A stretch of DNA of 64,000 nt from Octopus vulgaris. Lineage: Eukaryota. The notes under the pieces are model-generated. The model made no database searches. It had not been told where the DNA came from and was given only the letters and a program-made list of their open reading frames with translations. Positions 26,881 to 40,235 of the stretch are shown piece after piece. The stretch's first letter is position 1, and each line of letters starts with the position of its first letter. The position numbers and the translations under genes are program-made. The stretch spans positions 30,690,001 through 30,754,000 of the forward strand of contig OX597829.1 in the NCBI GenBank assembly GCA_951406725.2. The letters are read 5' to 3'.

Positions 26881-29800
26881 GCATGGAACCAGTTTTTATA
26901 AGACAAGGATATATTTGATTAAAATTGAACACTGCTTATTACTAATATTTATTATATTGACCCTGGAATAATAGAAGACAGAATCATCTCAAAATAAAGG
27001 ATTCAATTGCAAAACAGAAGGAAGAAAACTAAATATTGCAAAGAATTTAGTCTGGCACTCTACCATGTTTTAACTCTAAATGTCATTGTTTGTCTGACTG
27101 ACATGCAGTTTTCATTTATTCTACATAGTTTCACCTGTCAGGAATAGGTAACAAATCATCTATTAATTAATATTACTTGTTGTTTAGCTCCAAGTCAATC
27201 CTGTTTGAGCAGATATGTGATCAAAGGTGTTCAAACTGCTGTCATCCCATCTCTTTCTATATGAGAATATAATTAGGTAGAGACTTGGCTGCTATTTCTA
27301 GGAAGCCAAGTGACTACATAAAATGTCCTTTGTTGGTTTCAGTAACATTATTTGTAGTAAACTAATGTCCTATCCAGGGGTAATTTTTAACTCTCAGTCT
27401 CTTAATGCCATGAAACTGAAGCTAAGAATCAGTCATTAAAACTCTTGCAGGATTTATTAGGTATTTATATTTTTATATGTAGCTCTACTTTACGGCTGAG
27501 TGGTTGTAATGCAAATGTTCAAATGTGTAGAAGTAATTGCAATCATGCTAACATGGCAACATGGATATAAAATGATAAAATGGTAAAAAGTGTTAATTGA
27601 AATAAGAGAGCATTGTTTCAATCTTAAAAATCAAGTTCCCTTTTCGAATTTTTCAGATCTTTACTTTTTTGTGCAGTTGTTTTCTCTAATTGTTTTAGAT
27701 CCTCGTTAAGAATTCTTGGTTTCTTAACCCACTAACTGCTAGCAGCATTCTTTGTAACAAGTTCCATGCTGCAGTGAACCCACTGATCCATTGCCAACTT
27801 ACCTCTACTGTTTGTAATTAGCTTTTCTGTTTGTTCTCTTGAGCAGCTAATTAAAACAGCAAGTTCACCTTAGATCTATTTTTGGCCCACCTACACTTTT
27901 ATTTGGTTGATATGTTAAAATAATAATAATAATAATAATAATTGATCATGCATACACCATCACTTGCTTCTATATTTTTATCTGTTTTTTTTCTCTCTCT
28001 CTTTTTCATTCTTTTTGTTGTTCTTCACTGTTAATTCCTTTTCAATAGGCACTGTGCCAATATAATTTGTAGGAAAATTTTAATTGATTGAATCAATTTC
28101 GGTGTATAATTGGCACTACTTATTTCATTAACTCCAAGGCCACAAAACAAACCTCTGGCAAGATTTGAACTCAGACCAATTAGGCATCACATTAAGATGC
28201 AGGGAGGGAGAGAAAGAAAAAAAAAATGAGGTGGTGGATTCACAGTCCTGAGAATATATAATAGAATAATACCTTGTTTTTGTTTTGGTGTACTTTTGGG
28301 CTCTTAGTTCAAATTCAGCTGAGGTCAACATTACCTTTTGGATGGAGCTGGGGGTAGGGAGAACTGATAATTACTGTACCAATCTAGAAAGGTGGGTTAG
28401 TTGAATTAAGAATGTCAAAGAGGATGCCTTGCAGCATCAACTCTTGTTCTTTGAGTGTTCTTGTTTCTAATTCCACTCTTTATCACCATCTTCCTTGTGT
28501 GATAGAAAATAGCAACTTTGGATCTTATCTGATGGTGATAGGTCTTCAATATCAGACAGAATGATGATAGTGGTTTGAACAACATGTTAATCATAGCTTT
28601 TACCTTCTACTTGTTTCAGTCATTTGACTGTGGCCATGCTGGGGCACCACTTTGAAAGGGTAAAAGGCAAAGTTGATCTCAGTAGGATTTTGAACTCAGA
28701 ATGTAAAGAGCCAAAATAAATGCCTCTAAACATTTTCTCTGAAGCAATAATGATTCTGTCAGCCTTAATATAAAAAGTAGAATGGATTCCAGTGAAGTTT
28801 GAACTCACAGTCAGTGTGCGCCAGGAGGGTGCTTGCATTGGAGTGAGATGAACAACCAAGATCAGCACTGACAAGCTACATGCATGAGCAAGAAGTCTAT
28901 ATGAACAATAACTAAATCCATGATTTGTGAGGAATTTTGGTTCTGTTATTCGGTCTGTGAAAGGATGATAGGGATGCTGGGGGTAGGATTCATGTCACAG
29001 GGGTTTCCTCTAATTTTATTTTGGACTACCAGCTTGTAGATCAGTAATTTGGATCCTATTGCCAGCACTGTCTTTTAGTTTCTTCCACTTGTCTCAGTCA
29101 GTTTGTGTGTATCAGTTTAATAGTAGTGTAGAATAAATATGGCTTAGTGTGATAAGTAGTCAGAGCTCTTTAATTAATGTGTCTGCATCTGCTGAACCTG
29201 AAGAAAATAACAAGAAGCCATTATAGTAAATTCTTCTTTAATATATTATGTAAACATTATTAACCTACCAGTATAAGATCTGTTTCGTCTACTGCTTTAA
29301 TGCAAAAGTTCCTGTTGTGCCTAAAGTAGGTAGTTGGTACCACTAATATATGTAATGTGCTTCTTCTCATCAATTCTACTTTGTCACACCTTTCCTGATA
29401 TTATACTAAAGACTTGGTCAGATGTTTCTGCTTGACAACTTGCAACCCTTTGGAACTCCTTTGATTATTCATACACAATAGGCATCAACTTAAAGAAATC
29501 TAACCTGTTACAATCTCCATGGCTAGGAGCTATCTCTCCTTTCTACAGCTTGAATACTAATATATATATATATATATATACAAAATTTATATTTATATAT
29601 AAAATTTATACATATATGTATGTTTATTAAAGTGTATTAAAATTATAGATTTATTACAGCAATGATAGATCTATAATACTGCATATGTTAATATACCCAC
29701 TCCATTGTACTTGTACTTGTGACGGCGTTCACTCAGGGTGGGTTGAGCTGGCTTCTTCTCTGGTCCTGACGTAGCAGGATTCATGGAAGAAGTTTTGTGG

Positions 29801-30004
29801 GAATATTGAATTCACAAGCGGTCCCCGACATCCTGCATGTATATCCCGAGTGACCGGACACCCTGTTTACCGTGGAGTCTCCACAGGTGCAGAGACAGAA
29901 CGACTTCGAAGCTGCCAGTTGCCGATCAGACGCCTCTTGGAATTTTCACCAGAGCCCCGTTGGCCAGGCTGCAGCCCTAATACTGCTTGGTGCCAGACTC
30001 GATA

Positions 30005-31250
30005 GGTCTCCTCAAGCACGGCATGTCCCCTACGATCCAAGGTACTTTTGAGTGGGCTGGTTATGCAACACTGGTGTAAGTTACAGCTGTGTACTCACTT
30101 TATTTGCCGGGTCTTCAATGTCACAGCATATCTTCAGAGGTTTCATTCTTTTGTCATTGTCTCTGTGAGGCCCAGCATTCGAAGGTCATGCTTGACCACC
30201 TAATCCCATGTCTTCTTGTGTCTCCCTCTACCCCAGATTCCTTCCACTGTTTGGGAGTGGCACTTCTTCACACAGCTCTCCTCATCCATCTGCAGTACAT
30301 GACCATACCAATGCAAATGTTTCTCTTGCACATCACATCCGATGCGTCTTATGTCTAACATTTTTCTCATGGCGCTTACACTCTGTCGTGTGTGCACACT
30401 GACATTACACATCCAGTGTATCATGCTAGCTTCATTTCTTTCAAGGCTACGCATGTCTTCAGCAGTCATGGCTCATGTTTCACTGCTGTGTAGCATGGCA
30501 GTTTGCACATGTGCATCATACAGTCTACCTTTTACTCTAAGCAAGAGGCCCTTTGTCACCAGCAGAGGTAGGAGTTCTCTGAACTTTGCCCAGGCTATTT
30601 TCATTCTAGCAGCTACACTTTCAGAGCATCCACCCCTGCTACTGACTTGGTCCCCTAATTAACTGAAGCTATCAACTACTACTAGTTTTTCTCCATGGAA
30701 TGTGACAGAAGCTGTCCTCTGCACATTTTCAGTGTTTATAGTACCTGAGCATTTGTCACATACAAAAACTATCTTCCAAGTTAGCCTCCCTTTGATATTG
30801 CTGCACCTCTTATGTGTCCATAGCTTACACTGGGTACATCTTATGGAGTTTCTATCTACACCTTTTCTACAGTTTGAGCAGGGCCATCTACCTGAAGAGA
30901 TTTGTAGTTTGTCTGCCTTCCTACTTACTAAGACTTTGGTTTTAGCTTGGTTGACTCTAAGGCCTTTCGATTCTAATTTTTGCTTTCACACCTGAAACTT
31001 CTCTAGTTCTGATAGTGACTCAGCAATTAGAGCGAGGTCATCAACATAGAGGAGCTCCCAGGGGCATCCTGTCTTGAATTCCTCTGTTATTGCCTGGAGG
31101 ACTATGATGAATAAGCGGGGGCTGAAGACTGATCCTTGGCGGACCCCTACCCCTACTCTGAATTCTTTACTGTACTCATTGCCAATGTTCACCTTACTGA
31201 TAGCATCTCTGTATATGGCTTGCACAGCTCTTACTAACCATTCATCTAGT
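30005..31250 (-). mobile_element. RTE LINE fragment: RT core, PHD finger, C-terminus
   Basis: VGVRQGSVFSPRLFIIVL...LLYVDDLAL (RT), then WPCSNCRKG...CTQCKLWTHKRC...FVCDKC, then LHWYGHVLQM...GRHKKTWD. Confidence 0.92.
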
Positions 31251-31881
31251 TGTTAACTGCTAGAGGTAGTTGTTAAGACCTGGAGTTCTTTGGCGACGAT
31301 CTTCATTGATTTTCTGTAATATTTGTAATATTTGAACCTGCTGGATGAACTGCAGTGTACTTATGATATCCAAACATTTAGAATGTTTTGTTCCCTTTAA
31401 TAGAGTTGAAACATACACATCAGACTTCCAGTTCCATCTGAACATTTTGTACAAGTAATGTTGCAACATTTAGAAAGTTGGTAGTTTCCAAATTGATGTG
31501 TTCTGCTCATATGGCAACAATGACTGGATGTCTTTACCTTTCTTGTATTAGCATTTATCTGCCAGGGCACGAATCTGAAATAAATAAATAACTTTTTAAT
31601 TGGTTTGGGCAGAGTAATATATTGATAACTAAGTATCCTCAAACACACTTACACTCTATATATGTATACATATACATATTTACGCTGACACATATATATA
31701 AATATCCATACATACACACACACACATACCCACACATACATACATAAGGTGCAGGAGTGGTTGTGTGGTAAGTAACTTATTTCCCAACCACACAATTTCA
31801 GGTTCAATCCCACTGCATGGCACTTTGGGCAAAAGCCTTGTGAATGGATTTGGTAAATGGAAACTGAGAAAAGCCTGTTAC

Positions 31882-31925
<44 letters not shown>

Positions 31926-32229
31926 TTTGATACTTTGATAGGTTTCGGCCATTATTGGCCCAGGCCATGTCCAACTTAATAGCACCACCTGGTTATATAT
32001 ATATATATATATATGTATGTATGAGTGTGTCTGTGTTTGTCCCATCATTACTTGACAACCAGTGTTGGTATGTTTGTGTCTCTGTAACTTAGCAGTTCAG
32101 CAAAAAAGACCGATAGAATAAGTACCAGGCTTAAAATATAAGTACTGGGGTCAATTCATTCATCTAAAATTCATGGTGGTGCCCCAGCATGGCTGTAGTC
32201 TAATGACTGAAACATGTAAAAGATAAAAG

Positions 32230-32283
<54 letters not shown>

Positions 32284-32920
32284 CTAGCTTAAAAAACACA
32301 GTGTGCAGTCTTTTAAGCTAGCGGAGGACTAATTGGGCCTCCAGCCCAAAACTAAGGAGATACATAATAATAATAAAGCATTTATTGGTATCCTACCATC
32401 TCAGATTTATATCACGGAGTATCACATTTGGAGAATTTTGTATCACTGTGACATTTGGAGATTACTGTAAAGCAGTAAGATAAACAATATTCTTAGTTTT
32501 ACCATTTGGTGTGAGTATGAAGAGATTGGTGCCATTTTCAACTCTGGAACAACCAACAGAGGAGCTGACCATGGGAAAAGCACTGCTGCATGAGGTGAAG
32601 TCCAAAAAATTTGAGTGATTGTTCTTTACTCTTGTTAATTGACATTGCAAAACTAATTCTTACTAGAAATTGAAATCTTTTGAATTTAAAGGGCATGTCA
32701 GCTGGAATCAGTGGAATTCTTGAAATAAGCACATTTTCTCCCTTTCCTTGTCCAGTGGGGATTGTTACCTCCAAAAGATGTGGATGCATTTGCCTGACTA
32801 TCAGTCTTGTTCAATTGCACAGCTTTCGGAGATCCAGATTTCTCAAAAATGATTGGAACTCCTTTCTTCAATGTCAGTTTGTGAGAAGGCATTCCAAGAG
32901 GATCCAAAGAGTTAAGAAAC
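32284..32920 (-). mobile_element. Helitron 3' fragment (PIF1-type helicase C-terminus and CTAG end)
   Basis: MPSHKLTLKKGVPII, RIPLIPADMPFKFKRFQF...FAMSINKSKEQSL...CFSHGQL...GCSRV...GKTKNIVY. Terminal CTAG|T at 32284 with an inverted repeat CTAGCTTAAAA/TTTTAAGCTAG. Confidence 0.92.
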
Positions 32921-33922
32921 TCAGTAGTTATTATTATAGAAAAAAAGTGTGTGTGGCTTTGTGTCTGTGTCCCCCAATATCACTTGATAACTGGTGTTGG
33001 TGTGTTTACGTTCACATAACTTAGCAGTTCAGTTAAAGAGGCCAATAAAAATGTACCAGGCATAAAAAGGAAACAACTGGTATCAATTTGTTCAATTAAA
33101 ATTCTTTGAGATGGTGCCCCAGCATGGTCGTATTCTGATGACTGAAAAGATTAAAAAACCACTAAAATCCTTAGTAAAGCTAAGGAAGGTAACTCTTGTT
33201 CACCTATCTCAGTAATACTATGGCCCTGAACCTCTCATGGTCACTTTACCTGCTAGGAATAGCAACCCAAATGTTTTTAAATCAGATCCTAATACTGGAT
33301 GTTCAAGAACCAAATGAAGGGCAGATTTTCAATCCTGGATTCATCCTGATTCCAAAAAAGTATATGTCTATGTAGAGCAAATATAGACTGAAATACAGGG
33401 GTCCCAGACAGACAGACAAAATTTCACTTTTATTAATATATATATTTCGTTTTTGGATTTGGTTTGCAAGATTCTTTAAAAAGAAAATGACTCTCCCCAG
33501 ACACCAGAGAATATATATATAATGTACATATAGAAATGTGTATATGTATGTATATATATATATATATACATATATGCATATGCATAAATATACATTTATA
33601 TATGTGTATATGTTTTTGTATAAATATAGATTTATATATATGTATGTGTATATATGCATGTATAAATATACAAATATACGTATGTATAAATACACGTGTG
33701 TATAAATATACATAATATATATATATGATACATATATGTATATGAGAAATATTTTTATTCATATTAGACAGTGATATACATGTTTCCTTTCTGTTTTTCA
33801 ACTCTCATTTATCAGAAAGCTCGATGTGAATCCAATGAAATTATTATAGCAAAAAGCAGCTGTGTGAAGAAAACAAGAGTTTCTCCTAACCAGAATTTTA
33901 TACTCCTATTTTCAACAAAATT

Positions 33923-36900
33923 ATGTTTGAAAGCCAAGATGCTATAGATTTAAAACAACTGAAGCATTCAACTGGAAGAATACCAGAAGTGAAACATTTA
34001 CCTTTGAAGCTATCAAAACTTGCTGTGCATAGTAAATGCCTCAATTGTAGGATGTGTGTCAATATACTTCGAAAGCATGCCATTAGGAAGCCTTTTAGAT
34101 CTGATACAATTTACTTCCCTAAAAAGCAAGTCAGACACATAAGTATATACAGTCCTGTGCATTACAGTTTGAAAAATGATCTGGTTAGAAAATGTAGCAA
34201 TAAAATCTATATACCCAAAAGAAATGGCTGCACAGAATATGCAGCTAGGAACATGAAAACGGGAAATGGTTACCAGTTTGAAGTGATTAGCAAATCATTT
34301 TGTCAGATATTCCAAGAAGACAAAGTTTCTACACCAGACATTGTTTTCTATTCTGTGGGCTTCACTGTTTTGTGTACTTCTGGCTCTGTATATGTTTTGC
34401 ACCCAAAACTAAATGTCTCCCACAAAAAGTTGCACTTCAGGAGAATTCTCACTGCAAAGCACCTAAATTATTTCAGATTAAAAATATGGCTAAAGACCAA
34501 AAGAAATCTAATGTTTAAAACATTTAACTCACAAGGATTTCCTGAGAACGATACTAAATTTTTAGTTGGTAATAAAGACGAGATATGTAATCAGCCTGAC
34601 CTGGAATGTTTTCAATGTTTAGCACAGAAATACTCTAAAATAATTGACTCTTTACCAATTAATATTGATGAATTGAATCTGTGCCACAAATATAGGAACA
34701 GTGTACCTATCAATGAATTAAACAGCACAAAACACTGCATTGCTTGTTTTGCAGTGTTTGTCAATGATATTTTTGAAATAATATTAGATTTCTGTCAACC
34801 AACTTTGGAAGTAATTATCATATTATTGATCAATTTAGAATTTCATGTGCCTTTCCTTTTAAAAGCACAGGAAAATGTAATTGAATTTTGGGATGGATTT
34901 TACATCGAGTATTTGCAATCTTTAGTTATGAAAACGATCCAGCTTCAAAAATTAAATTTGAAATTGGGTAATTCCTCTTGGAAAATGTTTTTTTTAATGA
35001 CAGATCTAATTATAATCACCAGTCTTAATGTGAATGAATTGAATTACCTATTAGTGATAATCTTGCCAGAAGCTTTTGGTGCTTTTGAAGATTTTCCTAG
35101 GCCCAAGATGACTGCACATATATTTGTTGGTAATGGCATTTGTAAGATACATCAAATGTTGCGATATTTAAAAGATAATGTCTCTTCATTTGACGTGTGT
35201 ACTCAATATAATGGTGTGGGAAATTTATGTGATAGGTTCTCTGAAGGAAACCATTCATCATCAAAGGTACCAAAGGAGCACTTTAAGCCTTTAATTCCAA
35301 GTAATATATTGGCCCCACCAGCATTAATAATGGATATAAAAGCTAGATATCTTTCCTTTTTCAGACAGCTATTTTGTTATAAGTTAACCAAACTAATAGA
35401 TTTTATTGCTGTTTTGGCAGTGTCTGATGGTGCCGAAGCCAAAATATATTTGCTGATAGCAAATATATTCAAAGCTATAAAACTAAGGTTGTCACCAGTA
35501 GCTATTAAACACAGAAAGTTCTGTTTTAGAAATAGTCTTCATATCAAAGCTTATAAATCATTCAGTAAGATTTATCTTTGTAAGAATCTGTTTGATTGTT
35601 CACATGTTTATTTGCAAATTAAATTATTTGAAAAGGCAGCTGTGCTGATGATTATATGGAAATCATCAGTTGCATTTCCTTTTGATCCATTCAAACATGC
35701 ATTTCTTACAACAAACATTCTTTTAAACACAAAGGCTTCTGTTGAGAATTTTTATTCTACTTTTGTTAATTATAAACATTTCCAACAAGGATTCTTTTTT
35801 TATTCAAAATTATACATTAAATCAGGAGTAAAAGAACAAAGTTGTTTTGAAGAATTTACACAGAGTTTAGAGTGGGGGAAATATGGGATAAAACATGTAT
35901 TTTTAAATATGAGAATTAAAATCATGAAATTCTGTAAATTTAATGCGAATATGTTAATGATTATGGCCACAAGGTATCTTTTGAAAAGTGTTCATCAATC
36001 AGACATAGTCAACAAACATGAGATGTTGCCTTCAGATATTTTACATTCTTTAAGTTATGAAAAATATTTATCATTTGCTAATCATTTAAGAATTTTAAGT
36101 CAGAGTTTGTTAAATTTATTCACTTCTCTGATTACAATACATACTATCACTGATTATGATTCCTCAAGAGACCTATACTGTTCTTTACCCAACTGCAGAT
36201 ATAATACTCAATTTTTATGTGCAATGAGGTGTGTAAGATTTGGTATGGGTTTCAGATTAATTAGATTTCAGCTGTGGTTAGATTTTCCATTTTTCAATTT
36301 ACATTTAGAAAGAAATGAACAATTATGTGCTGATACACAATTGAACCCATCTCTGTGTATTGGCCATGATAAAATAAGTAGATTATCAATGTTGAGTATA
36401 ATCTGTAAATACTTCTCATCGGTAGAACAAACTAAAATAAAATTCCTAACTTTTTCTTTGATTAAAACGTATAACATTTCTAGAGTATTTACTATCGATT
36501 ATCATGTAACTGTTTTTCATTGTGATGGGTTACATATAAGAAAACAATTTAAAAAATGTCTACATGTAGGAAAAACTGGCCCAAATTATCCTACCTCTTC
36601 AGATAAATATAAAGAGTTTTTAAAAATTTTCTGTAACTTTTCTATTTGTGATAAAACCTCTAAGTTGAAACTATTTGATCCAAAGCCATTGCATAATTAT
36701 GTTGCAAACAAAGAAACTTCACAAACAATGTCAGTAGTTAAAGGAAATCATTTTGGAGACTTGTGGGGAAATTCTGTCAGTTTGAAAGAACTTTTGTTTG
36801 GCATAAAAAATAAAACTAATTTTCTAAAATCAGACTTATTTTTAAATACTTCTCCAGCCAAGCTGCTTTATCTGAAGTCTTCAACAATGCAATTTTTTAA

Positions 36901-37788
36901 AAACTTTTTAAATGAAATTCCAATCTTAAATGTGACATATACTTTGTGTATAATACCTGTTGAGAGTTCTTCAAAGCCAAAAGAGAATCAGTTCTTTGAT
37001 GTACCATGTCACCCTACAAAATCATCAAAGCACAAATCTTTGAATGAATATCCATCAAAATCGGAAAAGACTGCACCTTCTTCTCTGACTGATGTTCAAA
37101 AAAAATCCGGCAGTCCACACAGCAGTTCCAATTACAGACAATCGCATACACAATCAGTGAGTTGTGCAACTCCAAACATGTGCAACAATGCACCAGCTGA
37201 CTTCAGTTTAGTACCTTCTCTGCCTTTCACAGCGTCGTTAACGGACGAAATAACTATTAAAGAATCTAATCACAGCTTCTATTTACCTGAGATGGACAGC
37301 ATGATGCCAACCGGTAAAACATATGTACCAATAGACATGGCTAACATACCAGTACCAACTTATGGTTTCATGAAGGATTCCCATTATTATGGAGGAGATA
37401 TGTATTTTGATAATGGCCAAGGATTTTTATATCCACAACCACCTCCACCACCACCAACTGCAGCAGCAGCAGCAGCACTTAAAAGACCAATTATCCAGAG
37501 AGCAATTCCATATTTAGACATGAATAATATTAGTCACCATCAAGCTGTGAATTTTCCTCCACCTATCACAAATGGATATGAATCCTTTACTAGCAAATTT
37601 CCAAGAAAACCAATTCCTCATTTGTCAGACTCTTCACTTAAGGAAACTTCTATGAGACGAAAAACCAAAAGATATCAACGAAAATTTTCTGCTTTTCCCC
37701 CTGATCCTGAATTTGAGGCAGCTTTCCGCAGAACGATGGTCGAACAGTTTGCAACTTTCACAAACTACCCGTTTGAGTTTAGCAAATG
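33923..37788 (+). CDS. Giant coding exon of an orphan protein ending in the first half of an NXF1-like TAP-C (UBA) domain
   Basis: 1289 stop-free codons in very AT-rich DNA. The end, MVEQFATFTNYPFEFSKW, aligns by eye to NXF1 MLQAFSTQSGMNLEWSQK. The apparent stop TAA (37790-37792) is part of the donor TG|GTAAGA. The 5' boundary is uncertain: ATG at 33923, an in-frame TAA at 33887, and candidate acceptors ending at 33815 and 33893. Confidence 0.8.
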
Positions 37789-38692
37789 GTAAGACTGTTT
37801 TGATCTAACTTATCAATTAATTAGAGTTGAAATTTATTGTAACATTAAATGAAAACTTTACCCCATTTTAACAATCATGTTATTAGTGGTGTTAGATATA
37901 TTGATATTTCACAAGTTAACATTAAACTGATGACATGATGCAACTAACGCTTGGGGGTGTATTTCTCTACTTATAAAATAATAGGAAAGTTTAGTATGAA
38001 CTGATATTGATATAAGATCACCCTTTTTGGTGACTTACATTTAAGACCAGCAAAAGCAAAAAATTATAGACATTTTAATAACTAAATTTTTATTGTCAAA
38101 AATTCTTGGTTTGACTGACATTTTGAATAATTTAACCAAAAAGAAAAAAAAAGACAGAAAAACCCAAAAACTTTTAATGGTTGAGATAATTGATTTATGT
38201 TGTACAGTTATAACATTTTTGGAAAGTATCTGGGGTACAAATAGCATGCTGTCATTTGTAAAGTAGTGGACCCAATAGAATACTTCTATAGCAAAGCAAG
38301 TGAAATAAAAATGGTTGCATCTGAGTAATGATGTCTGACCACAGATTGTTTCCTGTTGCTTACTGCTACATTGTAAGCACTGCACAAAACTCTTGGCCCT
38401 TGAGTTACTCTGTTACTTCTGCTAAATATTAATGAAAATATACAGTGGTGGTGCCCCAGCATGGCTACAGCTTCAAGGCTGAAACACATAGCAGAATAAA
38501 AGAATATATTCATATGAATTCTATTTTTCCTGCTTGCATCAACATACCTATATATATATATATATATGTGTGTGTGTATATGTGTATGTAAATATTTAGA
38601 TATAAATATACATATATGTACATATATATGTATGTGTATATATAAGTATATATATATGTGCACACATATATACACACATACATGTACATGTA

Positions 38693-40235
38693 CACTGTTT
38701 TCCAATTTATTAGGCAAATTCAACCTTCTCTCAATAAATGTATATTCATTCAAAACCAGTTGTTTTCCTTCTGACTGTTGGCAACACTTATCTGTGTACA
38801 TTCTGTTAAAATAAATCGGATCTGCACAGATGAAAACAAACTGGCCATTCTCGTATAGCAGCAACATTTCTGCTATCTCAAATAATTAGGCAGGTGCCCA
38901 ATTTAAGTATCATTAAGGGTCAGAAATGTGATCTTACCTTGAATGAGAAGTCTACCATTGTATCAGAGCTTGGAAAAGGGAAATCAACCATAGAAATATC
39001 AAAAATACTGGGAAAAGATCACCGAAGAGTGAAGAAATTTGTGAAGTCTCCTAATTCTGTCTGGTCAAGGGCAGATTAGGGTAAATCGAGGGTTGCTTTG
39101 AATCATACTTTGTTACGTATCTGACAAGTAGAGAAGTCTTCAGTTGTTGTGGCAAGGAAGATGTATCGAAAGTTACCAAGTGTTGCCTCTTGAAGCAAGT
39201 AGCCAGAAATGTTGAACCTGGTACAAGGTCCCCTATGAAGGCTGTTCCTAAGCAGAAGAGACTGCAGTGGGCAGAAGAATACATGAAGATTAATTTTTTC
39301 AACAGTTTGGTTCACTGATGAATGCTGTGCTACCCTTGATGGGCTACATATGGCTGGAGTAAAGGTTGGGTATCAATCAGCAGGGACTGCCCTCATTGTT
39401 TGAGATGCCAACAATGGGGAGGTGAGGTCATATTTTGGGCTGGCATCGTTGGTGGTATGATGGTCAAGCCGTGGAAAGTTCCAATGGCATTAAGATGACA
39501 TCAAAAACATATGTTATCTTCTTAAAGGATAATTTCCAACCATGGTTGAAAAAACAAAAACTTTCATTCAAGATAAAACTGGCCTTCATGTAAGATAATG
39601 CCCTATCTCATGCAGCGAAGAATTCTAAGGAATACCTGCAGCAAATAGGCTTCTCTGGAGGTCGTTTGATGGAGTGGCCACCTTGTTCCCTTAACTTAAA
39701 CCTGGTCAAGAGCCTGTGGAGTGTCCTGAAGAGGCGTATTTATCAAGATGGAAGGCAGTTTTCAAGTAAAGTTGCCTTCTGGGACATTAGTGTAGATGCT
39801 GTTCAAAGCATGACATAAGAGGATATCACCTTGACAAATTCAGTGGATCGGTGCATAAGGAAGGTTATTACATGTGGAGGATCATACATCAAACATTAGG
39901 AGCTGTATGACATCATAACCCCATGATTATTTACATTCGAACGTATTATTATGTTTACTATGAAGTCCTTTATGAGTAGTTTTCTTGTTAAACTTTTACT
40001 GTTGAATTAAATGTTCATCTTAACACAATTATTTTTATTATACTTGCCTAACAATTGGTGATGGTGAAAATGTTGCCCAATCACAAAAATGGCTGCCATT
40101 TGTTGGCATTTACACAGATCTGATTTATTTTAACAGAATGTGTGCAGATAGGTGTGAGAAAACAACTGGCTTTGAATGAATATACATTTATTTATTGAGA
40201 GAAGGTTGATTTGCCTAATAGTGTGGGACACAGTG
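38693..40235 (+). mobile_element. Decayed Tc1-like transposon, DD37E (TRT-type), long TIRs
   Basis: TA-flanked imperfect TIRs of about 200 bp (CACTG...TATTAGGCAAAT.CAACCTTCTCTCAATAAA...). Remnants GQKCDLTLNEKSTIV...KDHRRVKKFV, WFTDECCATLDG and FM*DNALSHAAK...WPPCSLNLNLV(K), with 37 residues between D and the E position. Confidence 0.9.

Noticed and set aside
33923-37792. Reading the big ORF as a single-exon viral or transposon gene
   Set aside because: No catalytic motifs, TIRs or LTRs. The terminal donor site and the in-phase TAP-C exon explain its end better.
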